The notes beneath the pieces were generated by a model that saw nothing but the letters and a program-made list of their open reading frames with translations, was not told where the DNA came from and searched no databases. A stretch of DNA of 64,000 bases, taken from Amoebophrya sp. A120. Lineage: Eukaryota; Protista; Dinoflagellata. The DNA lies in NCBI GenBank assembly GCA_905178155.1, contig CAJINV010000010.1:1087486-1151485 (forward strand). The letters are read 5' to 3'. This document shows positions 24,100 to 36,156 of this stretch, in pieces. How positions within the stretch are numbered: the stretch's first letter is position 1; each line of letters opens with the position of its first letter. Both the position numbers and the translations under genes were made by a program.

Positions 24100-24834
24100 G
24101 TAGTGAGGTCACGAACGTTCTATCCTAGCGGTTTTTTTGACAGCTCTCATCCAAAACGACCGGCAGTTTTCAATCGGCCGGAAGCGTTTTTTGACATAAA
24201 AAATTTCCAATTATCAATCGGCCAGGGCTTTGCCAACAAACAAGCCCGGGCGGATTCTATCGGTTCCCGATGGATAAAACGACGCAGGGGAGCCGGCAAA
24301 AGGGACGCCCTTCCGAGGCGCCCAGCGCATCTGTTTCCGTCGATTTGGGGCGCCCAAAAAGGGACGCCAAGAAAATGCAAAGACGACAAAATCCCTGAAT
24401 CCGCACGGTATGGGCCGTATTTTGGCCCACTTTTGGAGGTCGCAAAGCCGGCCACCAAAAGCGGGCATTTGTAATGCGGGGAGTAGGGCAAAAAGCGCAA
24501 CTTTTTAACAAAAAAAATACAAAAATGCAAAGGCCGCCAAAATCTGTGAGCTAACCCGCATGCTACGGGCCCGATTTGGGGCGCGCAAGGGGCCGGCCCT
24601 GGCGGAGGCCCTTGGTGGGCCATAGCATGCGGGGAAAGCTTCCGGGCTTGGAAGAGACGAAGGCGGAGGCCTGTAGCTGTGATTTTTAGCATCCGCGACA
24701 CCATGCGGAGTAATCTTATACGCGACGGAATACTCGAGGCAAAGAACGCGACTACTTTGCTCACTGGTGGAATGCGCGAGAACGGTAACGAAAATGGGGT
24801 CGGGCAGTCAAAAAAACCGCGTTGACCTCACTAC
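24100..24834. mobile_element. Intergenic MITE-like TIR element
   Basis: TIR GTAGTGAGGTCA (24100-24111) / TGACCTCACTAC (24823-24834) plus subterminal GCGGTTTTTTTGAC / GTCAAAAAAACCGC; no TSD visible. Confidence 0.7.
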
Positions 24835-24951
24835 CCCCGCCTCGGCGGCTATATTTGGTAAGTTGTCCACCTTCGAAGAAGATTTAGTCGCTGACCCCCT
24901 CACCTCGCCCACACGACGAGTGAGAACAACACCTGTCGAAAGGAAAAAACT

Positions 24952-27900
24952 ATGACGGCTGCTGATGAAATAAATGGTGAAAATGCAGAACGGGGAACAA
25001 CCTCAACCCCTGAACAAGCAGCGGGCGATCAAGAACATGCGGCTTTCCTGCAAAATCATGACGAATCGGTGCTCCATTCCCTCAAAGTCGGCGTCGTCGC
25101 GGGTACGACCTGCGTGTGTGTCGGCTACCCGTTCGACACGATCAAAGTGCGGCTGCAGGCGGCGGCGGGTGCTGCAGGAGCTTCCCGGGGAAGAACTCCG
25201 GCAGGCGGAGGTGCTGGTCGTGGCTCATCGACGTCCTTCACCCACCTGTGGAAAGGCATTTCCGCACCCCTGCTCGTATGCGTTGCAAAAGTATCGTACT
25301 AGTGTACATGGCATTACAAATTTGCTCAGCATGAAAATAACTGGAACTTGTCATGCTGTTTTACCTTAAGAGCAAGACTTGTCATGCATATTGCAATTAC
25401 TACGACTGCGATACTTTTGCACAGGATAGCTCGGCGTGGTGCCTTCCTGGGCGATTTCCTTCACGCTGTACGGCGCCGCGCTGAAGTATGGCGCCCTCAA
25501 ACGTTACATTCTCAACTGTTACATGAATTTGTAATGCAAAAGTGTCATCAGCATCTATGTGATCAAGGTACTCCGCATGACAAACTGCCCAAGAGCTAAA
25601 CAGCATTGCAATCCGTTCCGAATTTGTAATGCAAAACGCGCAATCTTCCCGACCCGCTTTCGCTTTTGCTGTTATTGCATGAAAAATTTATGTAACAGTT
25701 GAGATCTAACGTTTGAGAACTCCATACGAAGTACCTCGAGTCCAACAGCATTCCCGCTTGCGCGCTTGCCGGCGGTATCAAATGTAAAAATGTCTGGGTC
25801 TGGAAGATTGCCAGGTTTGTCATGCACATTGTGCATCACTCCTGATGTCTGTGATGCATGCCCTAGCATCACAGATTTTGTGAGGGCTTCCTGATGCCTA
25901 TACCGCATGACAAATGCTCTTTCCGTGTAGCAAAACTTGGACTCTCTTTGCTGCTCATGCAATACAGATTTTTTTAGAATCCAAAATCAGCATCACAAGT
26001 TGGATTCTTTCAGACCCAGACATCTTTACAGTTGATAGGCGGCGTGGCGGGGGTCGGGTACGCGGTGGTGATGTGCCCGCTGGAAATGGTGAAAGTGAAT
26101 TATCAAATGCAAAACCATCGTACTACTTAGTTAGTAAAAATCGCATGACAAATTCGCCCAGAAGCATGAAAAATGGAATTTTCAATGCGGATTTAGGTTA
26201 AGAAGGAGATTGTGTAATGCATGGTTGCGACTACTACGAGTGCGAAGATACTGTTGCATACGATATTAGTTGCCAGGTGGCAAAGTCCGAGGATACTTTT
26301 GCTATGGCGAGACGGCTTTTCAAGATGGGAACTAGTACTTATCAAATGCAAATATGTCTGGGTCTGGAAGGTTGCAAGACTTGTCATGCAGGTTTTCCAT
26401 GACCCATGAGGTCTGGAATGCGGGACCCAGCATGACAGATTCTGCGAGGTCTCTATCATGCCTATCCTGCATGAGAAACTCCTTCTCAACTTGGTCAAAA
26501 GCAGACAGCTTTTGCTACTTATGCAACACAGATTTTTGCATGATTCAGATTTAGCATGACAACTTGCAATCTTCCAGACCCAGACATATTTGCAATGCAT
26601 AGTACTGAAGGCGGTGCAACAGCAACTACATCTACACCTCCGAAGATGATCTTCACAGGTGAAACAAATGGCACGAAAGGAGCATGTTTACAACCGAGAA
26701 CAAGTAGAACAACAAACACTACTTCTACACCTTTTTTCTCCGCCCGCCCAACCATTCTCTACCGGGGTTTCCTCGCGTGTCTCGCTCGCGATTTTAGCCA
26801 GGGCGTCGCCTACTACAGCCTGGCGGAATACTTGAACCGAACCCTCGAGGGTCCGCTCGGCAGCTTCTACGCCCCGCTGGTCTCCTATGGGGGTTTCAGG
26901 ATTGAGATCGTCAGAATTGAAATAGTTTGTCATGCATAAAATGCACCCCACAAAGTGCCTGTCTTGCAGAGTAGGCAAATGAGGCAGATTGTAAGCCTGT
27001 TGAGGGATAGAAACTGAGCTGCTAAAGTAGCACGACAAAAGACGTCTTACTTACCCAAAAAGCATGACAAACTGGATTTCGGCTCTACCCAAATTTGTCG
27101 TGCGCCACTTAGAAACTGGGTTACAACTTTCATCCATTTTATGCATTACAACTTTGTAGATTTCAATCCTGACGCATCCATATCTCCGGCGCGCTCACCG
27201 GAGTGGGGCACTGCACCGTGGAGTACCCATTTGACGTGGTGAAAACCCAGAGTATCACGAGAAAAAAGTGTTACAGTCACACATTGTGTTGCAAGCCCAG
27301 CATGACAGACAACCTCTGTCATGCCAGAAATGCTTCCGAGCTTCATTTCATACGTGTTTTCCCTTATGGTCTGCGCATTGCAAGTTTTCCTTCTCATGCG
27401 CAGAAAATTTGTGTTGCTGAAGTTACAACAACTGTGTATAACTGTAAACACTTTTTTCTTGTGATACAGAGGCAGGCATTGCTAGTAGAAAGTCTTGAGG
27501 TATTTAAACTAGGTGGACCACTTACAACCGATCGTAGTAGAAGTGAACTACAGGTAGGTCGCCAAGCCGCTCCTGCTGGTTTATTAATAAAGTTTTCATC
27601 GAACGGAGAGAATCATAAAAGCAGTAGCAGGCCACGACTTCCGGCTGTTGATACATTGATGTCAACAACTACAATATCCCACAAAAAAACTGTTTCACTG
27701 TGATGGTTTTGCAAGATCTGCATCACAAGTTTGTTACACATGACGCAGAAAATTTGCCATGCGCGTTTTCCAAGGGAAAACACGACTAAGATTCCATTGT
27801 GTTGCAGGTGTAGCAAGACAAACACTTTGGTGCTTCGTTCTCTGCATCACAGGTTCACAGTGAAACAGTTTTTCTTGCGATATACAACATCCTCCAACAA

Positions 27901-28581
27901 GAACCAAAACCACTGCCACGACGACCATCCTCTCCCGCCAGATAATCATATGAATTGCAAAAGTATCGTACTCGTATAAATGCATTACAAATCCCCTCAG
28001 CATGAGAAATAAATATAAAATTTGTACTGCGGATTTACCTTAAGAAAAGGATTTGTAATGCAAGACTTGCATACGAGTGCGATACTTTTGCACAGGATAG
28101 CTCAACAGAAGTCCTACCGCAAAATTCTCCGTACGATTTACCGGAATGAGGGCAACATTCGTGCGACGTTGCGGAGTATGCATTGCAAATATCGATCTGC
28201 ATCTGGGTCCGGAAGGATGCAAAGAAAGTTGTAATGCGCGTTTCACATCACACCAAAATCTGTTATGCGTGGATACATAACAAAAGTTGCGCACTTCATT
28301 CATCTGGCCACTAGCACTAAAAGAAGGGCTTTGTCATGCGCATTTAGGCATAATTTGGAGAGGACCTTGTCAATAAAACCTGTGAAGATGCTAGGGCTCG
28401 CTTGCCAGACCTTCTGGGTCATGCGAAACATTGCATCACAAAGAACCTCGTCTGCATCCTTTCAGACCCAGATCGATATTTGCAGTTTATACGGAAAGGC
28501 TACTTTGTCTCCATCTCGCGCGCGGTCCTCGCTCACTCGGCGAGTTTCTCTGTGCTGTGCCAGTTACGCGGGTATTTGTGA
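24952..28581 (+). CDS. Mitochondrial carrier family protein (carnitine/acylcarnitine or basic amino acid carrier-like) with 10 introners
   Basis: Three Px[DE]xx[KR] signatures after reconstruction: YPFDTIKVRLQ, CPLEMVKVNCQ, YPFDVVKTQRQ; also LWKGISAPLLG, LYRGFLACLARD, GYFVSISRA; stop 28579-28581. Confidence 0.9.
25277..25428. mobile_element. Introner family B
   Basis: DR GCTCG/GCTCG. Confidence 0.9.
25487..25726. mobile_element. Introner family E
   Basis: DR TGAAG/CGAAG. Confidence 0.88.
25776..26037. mobile_element. Introner family A
   Basis: DR GGCGG/GGCGG. Confidence 0.9.
26101..26265. mobile_element. Introner family B (degenerate)
   Basis: Decayed TIRs; DR TGAAT/TTAGT; frame restored (VKVN|CQ). 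Confidence 0.8.
26340..26601. mobile_element. Introner family A
   Basis: DR GTACT/GTACT. Confidence 0.9.
26886..27182. mobile_element. Introner family H
   Basis: DR TCTCC/TCTCC. Confidence 0.9.
27253..27466. mobile_element. Introner family G
   Basis: TATCACGAGAAAAAAGTGTT...AACACTTTTTTCTTGTGATA; DR CAGAG/CAGAG. Confidence 0.9.
27675..27882. mobile_element. Introner family G
   Basis: TATCCCACAAAAAAACTGTTTCACTG...CAGTGAAACAGTTTTTCTTGCGATA; DR TACAA/TACAA. Confidence 0.9.
27949..28099. mobile_element. Introner family B
   Basis: DR AATCA/GCTCA. Confidence 0.85.
28177..28491. mobile_element. Introner family A (diverged)
   Basis: DR CGGAG/CGGAA. Confidence 0.85.
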
Positions 28582-29632
28582 ACAGGTTGCTTTCAGCTCT
28601 GTATCGATCTCGAAATGTTGTGCAATTCTGTTTCGTTTTATACCGGAGGTGAATCTAGTGGAGTTGGTGAAACAAGAGCTAATATAATCGGCTTGAGCAT
28701 CCATCACCTGCTAGAATTACGATGTACGATATATAGGAACTACCGGTTTCGGTGCAGGAGCACGAGCAGGGAATCATGATCGTTTTTAAAGAAGTTTGTA
28801 TTTAGACAGAAGAGCAGAAACCCTTCGAGTTGTGACAACTTCAGGAGGGGCGAGTTTATTGTTCAGTAACCTATTTTTTATGAATCGTGACACAACTAGG
28901 ACTCCGACGAATACTATCGTATTACAGAAAATTTTGCAAAAATCAGAGCAGACGAAATAAAGAAACGACAATCCTAGAAATGGAATAGGAACAATCTTGC
29001 CGTCTGAGACAATCCGACGTGGTCCACCATGTCTCTGCGGTCGCGTTTTTCGCTTCATTGTTCAAAAAGAAATGTTGCTGCATATTACAGTCCCGGTTGC
29101 ACCAGCTGATGTGATTATGTGCGTTGCCTGTCTTCCCGGTTTCCCAACTAGCAGCTGCGCGTCGTCCTCTGTTCATGAGGGCGCTCTGTATCAATCTCTT
29201 GACTACAACAACGACCTGGAAAATTAAACCGGTTCTGTTCATTTTTGCTTTACGGAGTTATTATTGCGCAAAGAGTTATATACAGTAACAGTTGACTTGT
29301 GGCTGTTAGTGTCATCATGCACCTTAGATGTAGTGGTCCGAGTGCGAGTCTGAAGAAAGGCGCAAGAATGTTCTTGTGTGGTGGAAAAACTTTTTACCAA
29401 AAACGAAAAGAGCACGAGTGTTCTTCGCACTACGAAAAATAAAACGTCGTCACAACTATATGCTGCATAATTTAGTAGGAATAGGCTGGTATTATTAAAT
29501 ATTTTGGTACGTGTACGTCGACTACGAATTGAAGGTAGAAGTAAAATCAATTTAAGCTCGGAACAATTTGGTGAATTTGCAGAATTTCCGCCGGGCCTTG
29601 TTGCGGCGTAGAAAGAAAAAAAAACAAACGAA

Positions 29633-32600
29633 ATGGTCGTCACTACCGATTTATGCGTTGCAAATATGTCTGTGTTGGGAAAAGTGTAGAAGTAAGAAGT
29701 TTGTAATGCAGGTTTTGCATGAGCAGGGTCCAGAAGAATGTGTGGCCTAACATCACAAGTTTTATTGGGAGCGCTTTGTGATGCCTATTCTACATGAGAA
29801 ATCCTGTCCCAAAGCGGTCAACAACAGACAGCTGCTTTTGCTTCTGAAGACGCATGACAGATTTTCGTGTGACTGACGGAGAGCATCACAGGTTCAATCT
29901 TGGTACCTTTCCAGACCCAGACATTTTTCAACTGGATACGTTTCCATGTTCGCCGGAGATGGGTCCATGCCCGGCCGTATCCTGTGCAAAAGTATCGCAC
30001 TCGTACTAATCGCAGGCATGCATGACAAATTTCCCTTCCAAGGTGAAGCAGCATGACAAATTCAATTCTTCATGCTGAGAAAATTTGTGATGCAATTACT
30101 ATATATTATATTCATGCGAAAAAAGAGGTAGACAGAGGGTAAACAAGAGGTGGCCGAGAGGTCAAAAAGAGGTCAAAAGAGGTAAAAAAGAGGTCGACAG
30201 AGGTGGAGAGGTGGCGCGGGACCCCTTTCGAGAGGGTCGGCGAGAGGGTGCGCGAGTATAGCCCGCCGAAGGACCCACCTTAAGGCGGCGCCTAAGTGCC
30301 TCAGAGGGTGCAGAGAGGTCACAAAGAGGGGGCGCGAGAGGTCGACAGAGGTCGAGAGAGGTGGCGCGAATAAGGGCCAACCTCTCGCGCACCCTCTCGG
30401 CCACCTCTGGGCCACCTCTGTCGACCTCTACCCTCGAGTATAGCCGGACTATTAGCGGGGACCCCCAAAAGAGGTAAAAAAGAGGGTCTGCGAGAGGTCT
30501 GCGAGAGGGTAAAGACACAAAGTAGCGGGCGCGAATCCGCATGGGAGTCCCCATATTTAGCGTCGCAGGCTCTTCGCGGACTTGTTTTGTCCGGCGCCTG
30601 TCCCCACCACCCTCTCGCGCACCCTCTCGCGCCACCCTCTCGCATCACCCTCTCGCGCACCCTCTCGCGCCACCCTCTCGCGCGACCCTCTCGCGCCACC
30701 CTCCCGCGCCACCCTCTCGCGGCGGGCGGCTTCTGTTCGCCCCCGGTGTTCTTTGCAGTTGCTCCCTGCGCAGAGCGCCCACAGGCGCGGGAGGCGCGCA
30801 AGTAGTCCTGCGGGTTGGCGCGGCGCAAACTCCAGTATGCTTCGTTGCGCACAGGCCCGTGGCGTTGTGGTCCGATCGGCAAACTGTCTTGCCCCGGTCC
30901 AACAGCCTTGCGCTCCGGCGGCAGCCGGAGCATGGCTGGTTTATACTAGTCCGATGCTTTTGAAATTCATAGGCCGCCGCGAAGCCCTGAACCGCAAGCG
31001 CGCAGCCAAGGATGCCTACACCGACAAAATCGGTGGGGGCGGGTTCCGTGCAGATTTGAGTGCATCAAACGTCAACTCCGGGGTCTTTCAAGGCGGGTAC
31101 AACTACTTAGTGATCTTGCCATGCAGATACAAACACCATGGAAAATAAATGGAACGACATTGTAGTGATGCGTAGTAAAAATTGTAGTTATACTGGCTGT
31201 ACAAGTGCTCAAGAACTTCTGAAAGCCATCAAAATTATCACACAACAGGGCCGTCGCCGAGCCGCAGTCCGTTGTGTCCACTGCGCGTTCGGTATCGTTG
31301 TGAAAGAATGTTGTGACAGAGGGGGCGCGTGAGCCTAGCTTATGTTTCTTGTCATGCGTCCTAGAGCAGGCGTGTAGTGAGCATAATGCATGTTGGTCAT
31401 GCGTAGTTCTACTTGTCATGGAGACAAATCGAACACCTTGCATGAATCGAACACGAACGATGAGTAGGTTGTGCTTTATTAACTACTACTTGCTAATATA
31501 GAGATCATGTAGATGTAGATGATGTTGTTGAGGTTGATCAGAAGCAGATTGTATGGTCGTCGTGCGTTCGTATTTATCATTTGAGCCATTCTTTTTCACG
31601 CATCAAGATCAAACCCGTTAAGCTGCATGACAAACAGAGCAAAACAAGTTGTTCTCCTCGATCAAGCACTCTTTCACCCCCTGTTATACCCGCAGTTCAT
31701 GCCGCCCACACCCACCTATGAATTGCAAAAGTATCGTACTCGTATAAATGCATTACAAATTTCCTTAGCATGAGAAATAAAATTTGTAATGCGGATTTAC
31801 CTGAGGAAAAAGATTTGTAATGCATGACTGCAATTACTACGAGTGCGATACTTTTGCACAGAATACCACCTCCGCGAGTGCCAGTGTGTCGGAGAACACC
31901 ACAAGTATATGACAGTGCACAACTCCCCCTGCTCCCCTTCATTTGTATAGCATGAACGGCGATAGTACAAGCATCAGCGCGAATGTTGGTTTATTTGCAT
32001 GACAAATTTACACTGGATTGTAGTGCTTCTGAGGTTTCTCGGTTCCCCCGAGAGATTTCCTCGTTTTTTTGTCGACAGTTTTAGGTAGTCAGGCGAGCCT
32101 TCTTGCGCATACGTACGTAGATCTCCTGGTGCTTCGGCACTTCGAGGTTTAGGGTCGGAACTACGTTCTCAGCACTGCTGAAGCTTAAGAAGAAAGGGGC
32201 GTGCATGCCCTGGCCCTCAGTTTGCTCTGCCTTTTATCTTTTTGACGATCGTTTACCAAATCCTCCTTTTTTGCTGTACCTCTTGTTCCCCGGGCCCAAC
32301 TGGCACCAAGCAGTTTTTTTCCTAGGTTTAGCTTTAGGTTTAGGTTTAGGTAGGCCGCCACCACCGCCGGCACGGGATAACCGCCAACGCGCCCGTCTCA
32401 CCTTCGATCTTCGCCTTCTCGTGCTGCACAAGTTCGATCCGGAAGGGTTTTGTTTTAGGTTTCAGGGTTTAGGCCACATTTACGCTGGATTGTAGTGCTA
32501 TTTGGGTTACCAGAACTTGTCATGCAAACAGTGCCATAAGGCGGCGACTGGAGTTTTCGGGGTTGTGCATGACAAATGACAATGAGGGGGAGGGGAGTTG

Positions 32601-33160
32601 TGCACTGTCATAAAGTCTCGCTTTTCAGCAAAAAATCTCCGTCAAGCGCACACTGTTTACCTTGGATCTGACCTGCGATTTTCCCATCGTCGACATGGAA
32701 CAGAACATGAAGCGCCGATCGCTGATCTTTTACTGTGTGGTGGACCAAACCGGCACGAAAGAATCTGTTATCAAATGCAAATATGTCTGGGTCTGGAAGA
32801 GTGAAACTTGTGATGCTGGCCTTGGATCCTACATAAAATCTGTATTGCGTGAACAGCAAGAGGGGTCCAGTTCTGGCTACGCGGAAAGGGTATTTCTCAT
32901 GCGGTATGGGCATCAGGAGGTCCTCATAAAATCTGTGATGCTAACGCATGTAAAATAGACACCATGGGTCATGCAAAATGCGCATGACAAGTTTTGCACT
33001 CTTCCAGACCCAGACATATTTGCAGTTCATATCTGTGGCGATCCAGGTGCCCCTGTCTTTTGACTTGACCAAGGCAAAATTCACCAACGACGACTTTGCC
33101 AATGGGCGGTGCTCGATGGCAATCCCAGCAGCGAATTCCAACGCCCTGTCGTGGGACTGA
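29633..33160 (+). CDS. Hypothetical protein with 5 introners and one probable canonical intron
   Basis: MVVTTDSMFAGDGSMPGRREALNRKRAAKDAYTDKIGGGGF... then acceptor CCCGCAG at 31695 (donor near 31085-31110, uncertain) ...FMPPTPTSAS...SLAFQQKISVKRTLFTLDLTCDFP...QVPLSFDLTKAKF...LSWD*. Confidence 0.65.
29652..29938. mobile_element. Introner family A
   Basis: DR CGATT/CGTTT. Confidence 0.82.
29978..30971. mobile_element. Introner family B with nested ~840-bp insertion
   Basis: DR GGCCG/GGCCG; nested segment ~30099-30940. Confidence 0.85.
30099..30940. repeat. Nested foldback-like element with subterminal tandem repeats
   Basis: Left part has AAAGAGGT/GAGAGGGT repeats; right part has the inverse CACCCTCTCGCG repeats (30605-30720). 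Confidence 0.65.
31717..31865. mobile_element. Introner family B
   Basis: DR CCACC/CCACC. Confidence 0.9.
31908..32612. mobile_element. Introner family F with nested 450-bp insertion
   Basis: TATGACAGTGCACAACTCCCC...GGGGAGTTGTGCACTGTCATA; DR AAGTA/AAGTC. Confidence 0.88.
32028..32477. mobile_element. Nested insertion with 22-bp target duplication and telomere-like repeats
   Basis: ATTTAC(A/G)CTGGATTGTAGTGCT at 32006-32027 and 32478-32499; TTTAGG runs at ~32323-32354 and ~32453-32473. Confidence 0.75.
32769..33031. mobile_element. Introner family A
   Basis: DR TCTGT/TCTGT. Confidence 0.9.
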
Positions 33161-34178
33161 GGTGAGAATTTGTTTTTACAATTTATTCTGTCATGCATTG
33201 TCAATGATTGAACTCAACTTGAAGTGATCGGTCGGACATTTTTGCTGCACTGCTGGTTCTTGCGACTCTGTTATTCAAGAGGTTCAACACCACTTTCGCG
33301 CAATCGAAAACGATGGTCATGAGGATGACGTGACGCAATTTTGAATCGACATGCAAATAAAAATCTTCACCAGCTGCAGCTGTATCACAAGGAGCTTTGA
33401 CGAAAAATAACTTTGTTCGTCGGGTCTCGGGCGGGCCGCACCCGAAGACGAAGAGGAGAAAAAAAGTTTGGATTTTGGTACCTTGTATTTCGACGTTTTC
33501 ATCGATTTATTGTACTAGTAGAATTTGTAGATCTTTACATTTTAATCGCTACAGATTTTACGACCAATCAGGAATGGATGTTGAAATTACAGACTATGGA
33601 TACAAAAATACGCCCGCATCGATAGTACTTACAAAAATTCGTCTATATGTCGACATCAATAGATGTAAGTTGAATAGTATTCTGAAAAGATTCTACAAGC
33701 TAGTTGTGAATGAATAATGTTCGTACAGAAACTAACAGGATCAGGAATAACGACATCAAAGCGACTTTTTGTAGTAAGCACAGCCAGCAGGAGAAGCAGG
33801 TAGATTTTCCAGAACGGGCTGCATTACTACTGGGGGGTTTCTCATTTCCGACTCCTTATTTTTGACTGCTGGAGCTGCAGTAATGATATGGTCTTTATTT
33901 TGGTGTCAAGAAAATGAGGACTATATTCTATCTCGACGTCACTCCTCGCAAAAGTCGAAGGCTACAGGGCAACTTCTTGCTCCTGTGAGTACTTTTGCTT
34001 AGTAGAGCCCCACCTGCTTGACAACTTTTTTTCATCTTCACGCGTATGAATTCTGTCAAGACAAATGCACGAGATCACAATTTTTTGTTAACAAAGCTTA
34101 TCACTGAATTTGATGGTTTCTAAAAAGATTTCCTACCGCTCAATAATGTGACTGAGTATATTGATTTGGTTATGGTTT

Positions 34179-34860
34179 AGACAAGGAAAATTCCAGAAGT
34201 ACATCAAAAATCGAGCACCCCCCTCCCACGGGGTGGCGGCGGGGCGAGATGATTTGTCTGCGTTGCGGCTAGTAGCGGCCCGCCCCATTTCTGCAAGCCT
34301 ATCGGCCCGGACCAGCCGCGACTCCTTCTCGAGTAGAAAGGGCAAGCGCGCATCTGCCGCGCAAGTGTTTCGCCTTTGGCGCAACTGGCTCGGGGGCTCG
34401 TTTACAAACAAGGCCGGCCAAAACTCTACAAAGGCGACAGGCGGAACCCAGGGGCCCCCCTCCAGGGGGGTGCCTGAGGGGGGTACTTTTTTTGATTCCG
34501 AAATCGGCCATTTTAGGTCGGGGGAAGGAACGCCAAGGGGGGTGCTTTTTGGGGGTGCTTTTTCTTGGGCAAAAGGGGGGCCCTTGGATTGGCCCCGCGG
34601 CGCGACTTTCCAGGAGACGGCCATTGCTCATTGGATCCGGAAAGACCTGGCCGCAGAATTCTTGAAGTATTGTCGTGGTGTTGCTCTGGGTGGTGACGGA
34701 AGACGAACGCCGAAGCCGGAGGCGTTTCCGGTTGTGTGGGACCCACTGAAGAAAGCCGCCACCTAGATGAAGCCTACCCGAGCCAACCGCCTGTCCCGTC
34801 ACCCCACCCACGGGAGGGGGGTGCTCGATTTTTGATGTACTTCTGGAATTTTCCTTGTCT
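34179..34860. mobile_element. Mutator-like MITE with ~50-bp perfect TIRs
   Basis: AGACAAGGAAAATTCCAGAAGTACATCAAAAATCGAGCACCCCCCTCCC and its exact reverse complement at the right end; flanks TTATGGTTT/AAATGGTTT (7/9 match, possible 9-bp TSD). Confidence 0.85.
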
Positions 34861-36156
34861 AAATGGTTTCTAGTATTTAGCTTTCGTTATTTCGGAGTTC
34901 TATTCGCAGCAGCATGGAGCAGCTCCTGCAATGAGACGATGAAAGAGTCCGCAGCTGGATGATGGCAAGCGGTTGCGCGATTCTGTTTCAACTGAAAATC
35001 GGTGAAATTGATTGTAGAAGCTGCGGCCTATGGAAAAAAACATCAGGAAATTCTTGCGATATATAAAACAAGGCGAAAATAAGAGCATGAATGTTCGTAG
35101 TTCGAAGGATCATGATAGAATGAACCACAAGATTATCGATGATCCTGCAAGGAGCTTGATTTGAATGCAATCGGTCCGAGGGTCGATGGAGTGGATTCGG
35201 TTTCGGAAGGTAGAATAAAATGGCATCTCTCTGTACTTAGCGCGAGCGATCCGCGGTGGAGGAGGGAAATAAAAAAGCCTCAACGTGATTAAGATCTTCT
35301 TCAAATAATAGCAAAGGATGATACGATACACGGAAGGAAACGAAATCAAGATCCGAGCGAAAATATAGTATCGCAGTTTTTTTTTGTGGAAATCGTTGCC
35401 TCTATTGTCGGTCGAAGTCGATGTCGAAGGAAGGATCCGCGTTTTTGTCTGGACACAGCAAGCCTATCTACTAACATCGCTGCCTGGTTGATGTTGTGAC
35501 GAGTTTGAAGTTTATATTCCTTCGGAAGCATCATGCCTGCGTGTCAACTTTGCATTCCCTCCCAGGTCCCAAAACTTGAAAAAACTTGAAGTTTAAACTC
35601 GAATAGCAACTTCAGTGGTCTTCATCACAGGCTTTAATCTACTTAAAGTATTTCGTCATCGTCTAGATCAACATCAAAATCAACAAGCTGCAATAGGACC
35701 TAGAAGTAGGGCGCGCCTGTCCTGCTGCTCGCTCGTTAGCTTCTCGACCTATCGCAACCAATACGAAATACGTTCAGCCTGCTCAGAATAGTTTCTCGTG
35801 TTGGAGAAGGAACGAACACGAAGTAGCACGCAGCAGTCACAGTCTGATACCAAAAAGCAGCACACTGTTGTAGTCAACAACATTACATCAACATCTTCAT
35901 CGCTTTTAAGACTCAATCTTTATCTTCTTCAGCTAAATTTTCTCTCCGAACAAACCGCGACCTGTGGAAATTTAAAGCATCCTCTTCGAGTCTGCGACTT
36001 AAAGAGAAAACGTTTATTCATCATTAATAGTACCCTATTATTTTCTACTTCTATTTGATACAACTAGAACTTTTCAAAAAGAACTTTACACCAGCGAGCG
36101 CTTTTATTCATAAAGCTAAAAACAAGAACCACTACAAAAGAAGAAGTTGCAAAAAG

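Noticed and set aside
34133-34811. ORFs inside the long-TIR element as a transposase
   Set aside because: Too short, no DDE-like motifs, open on both strands
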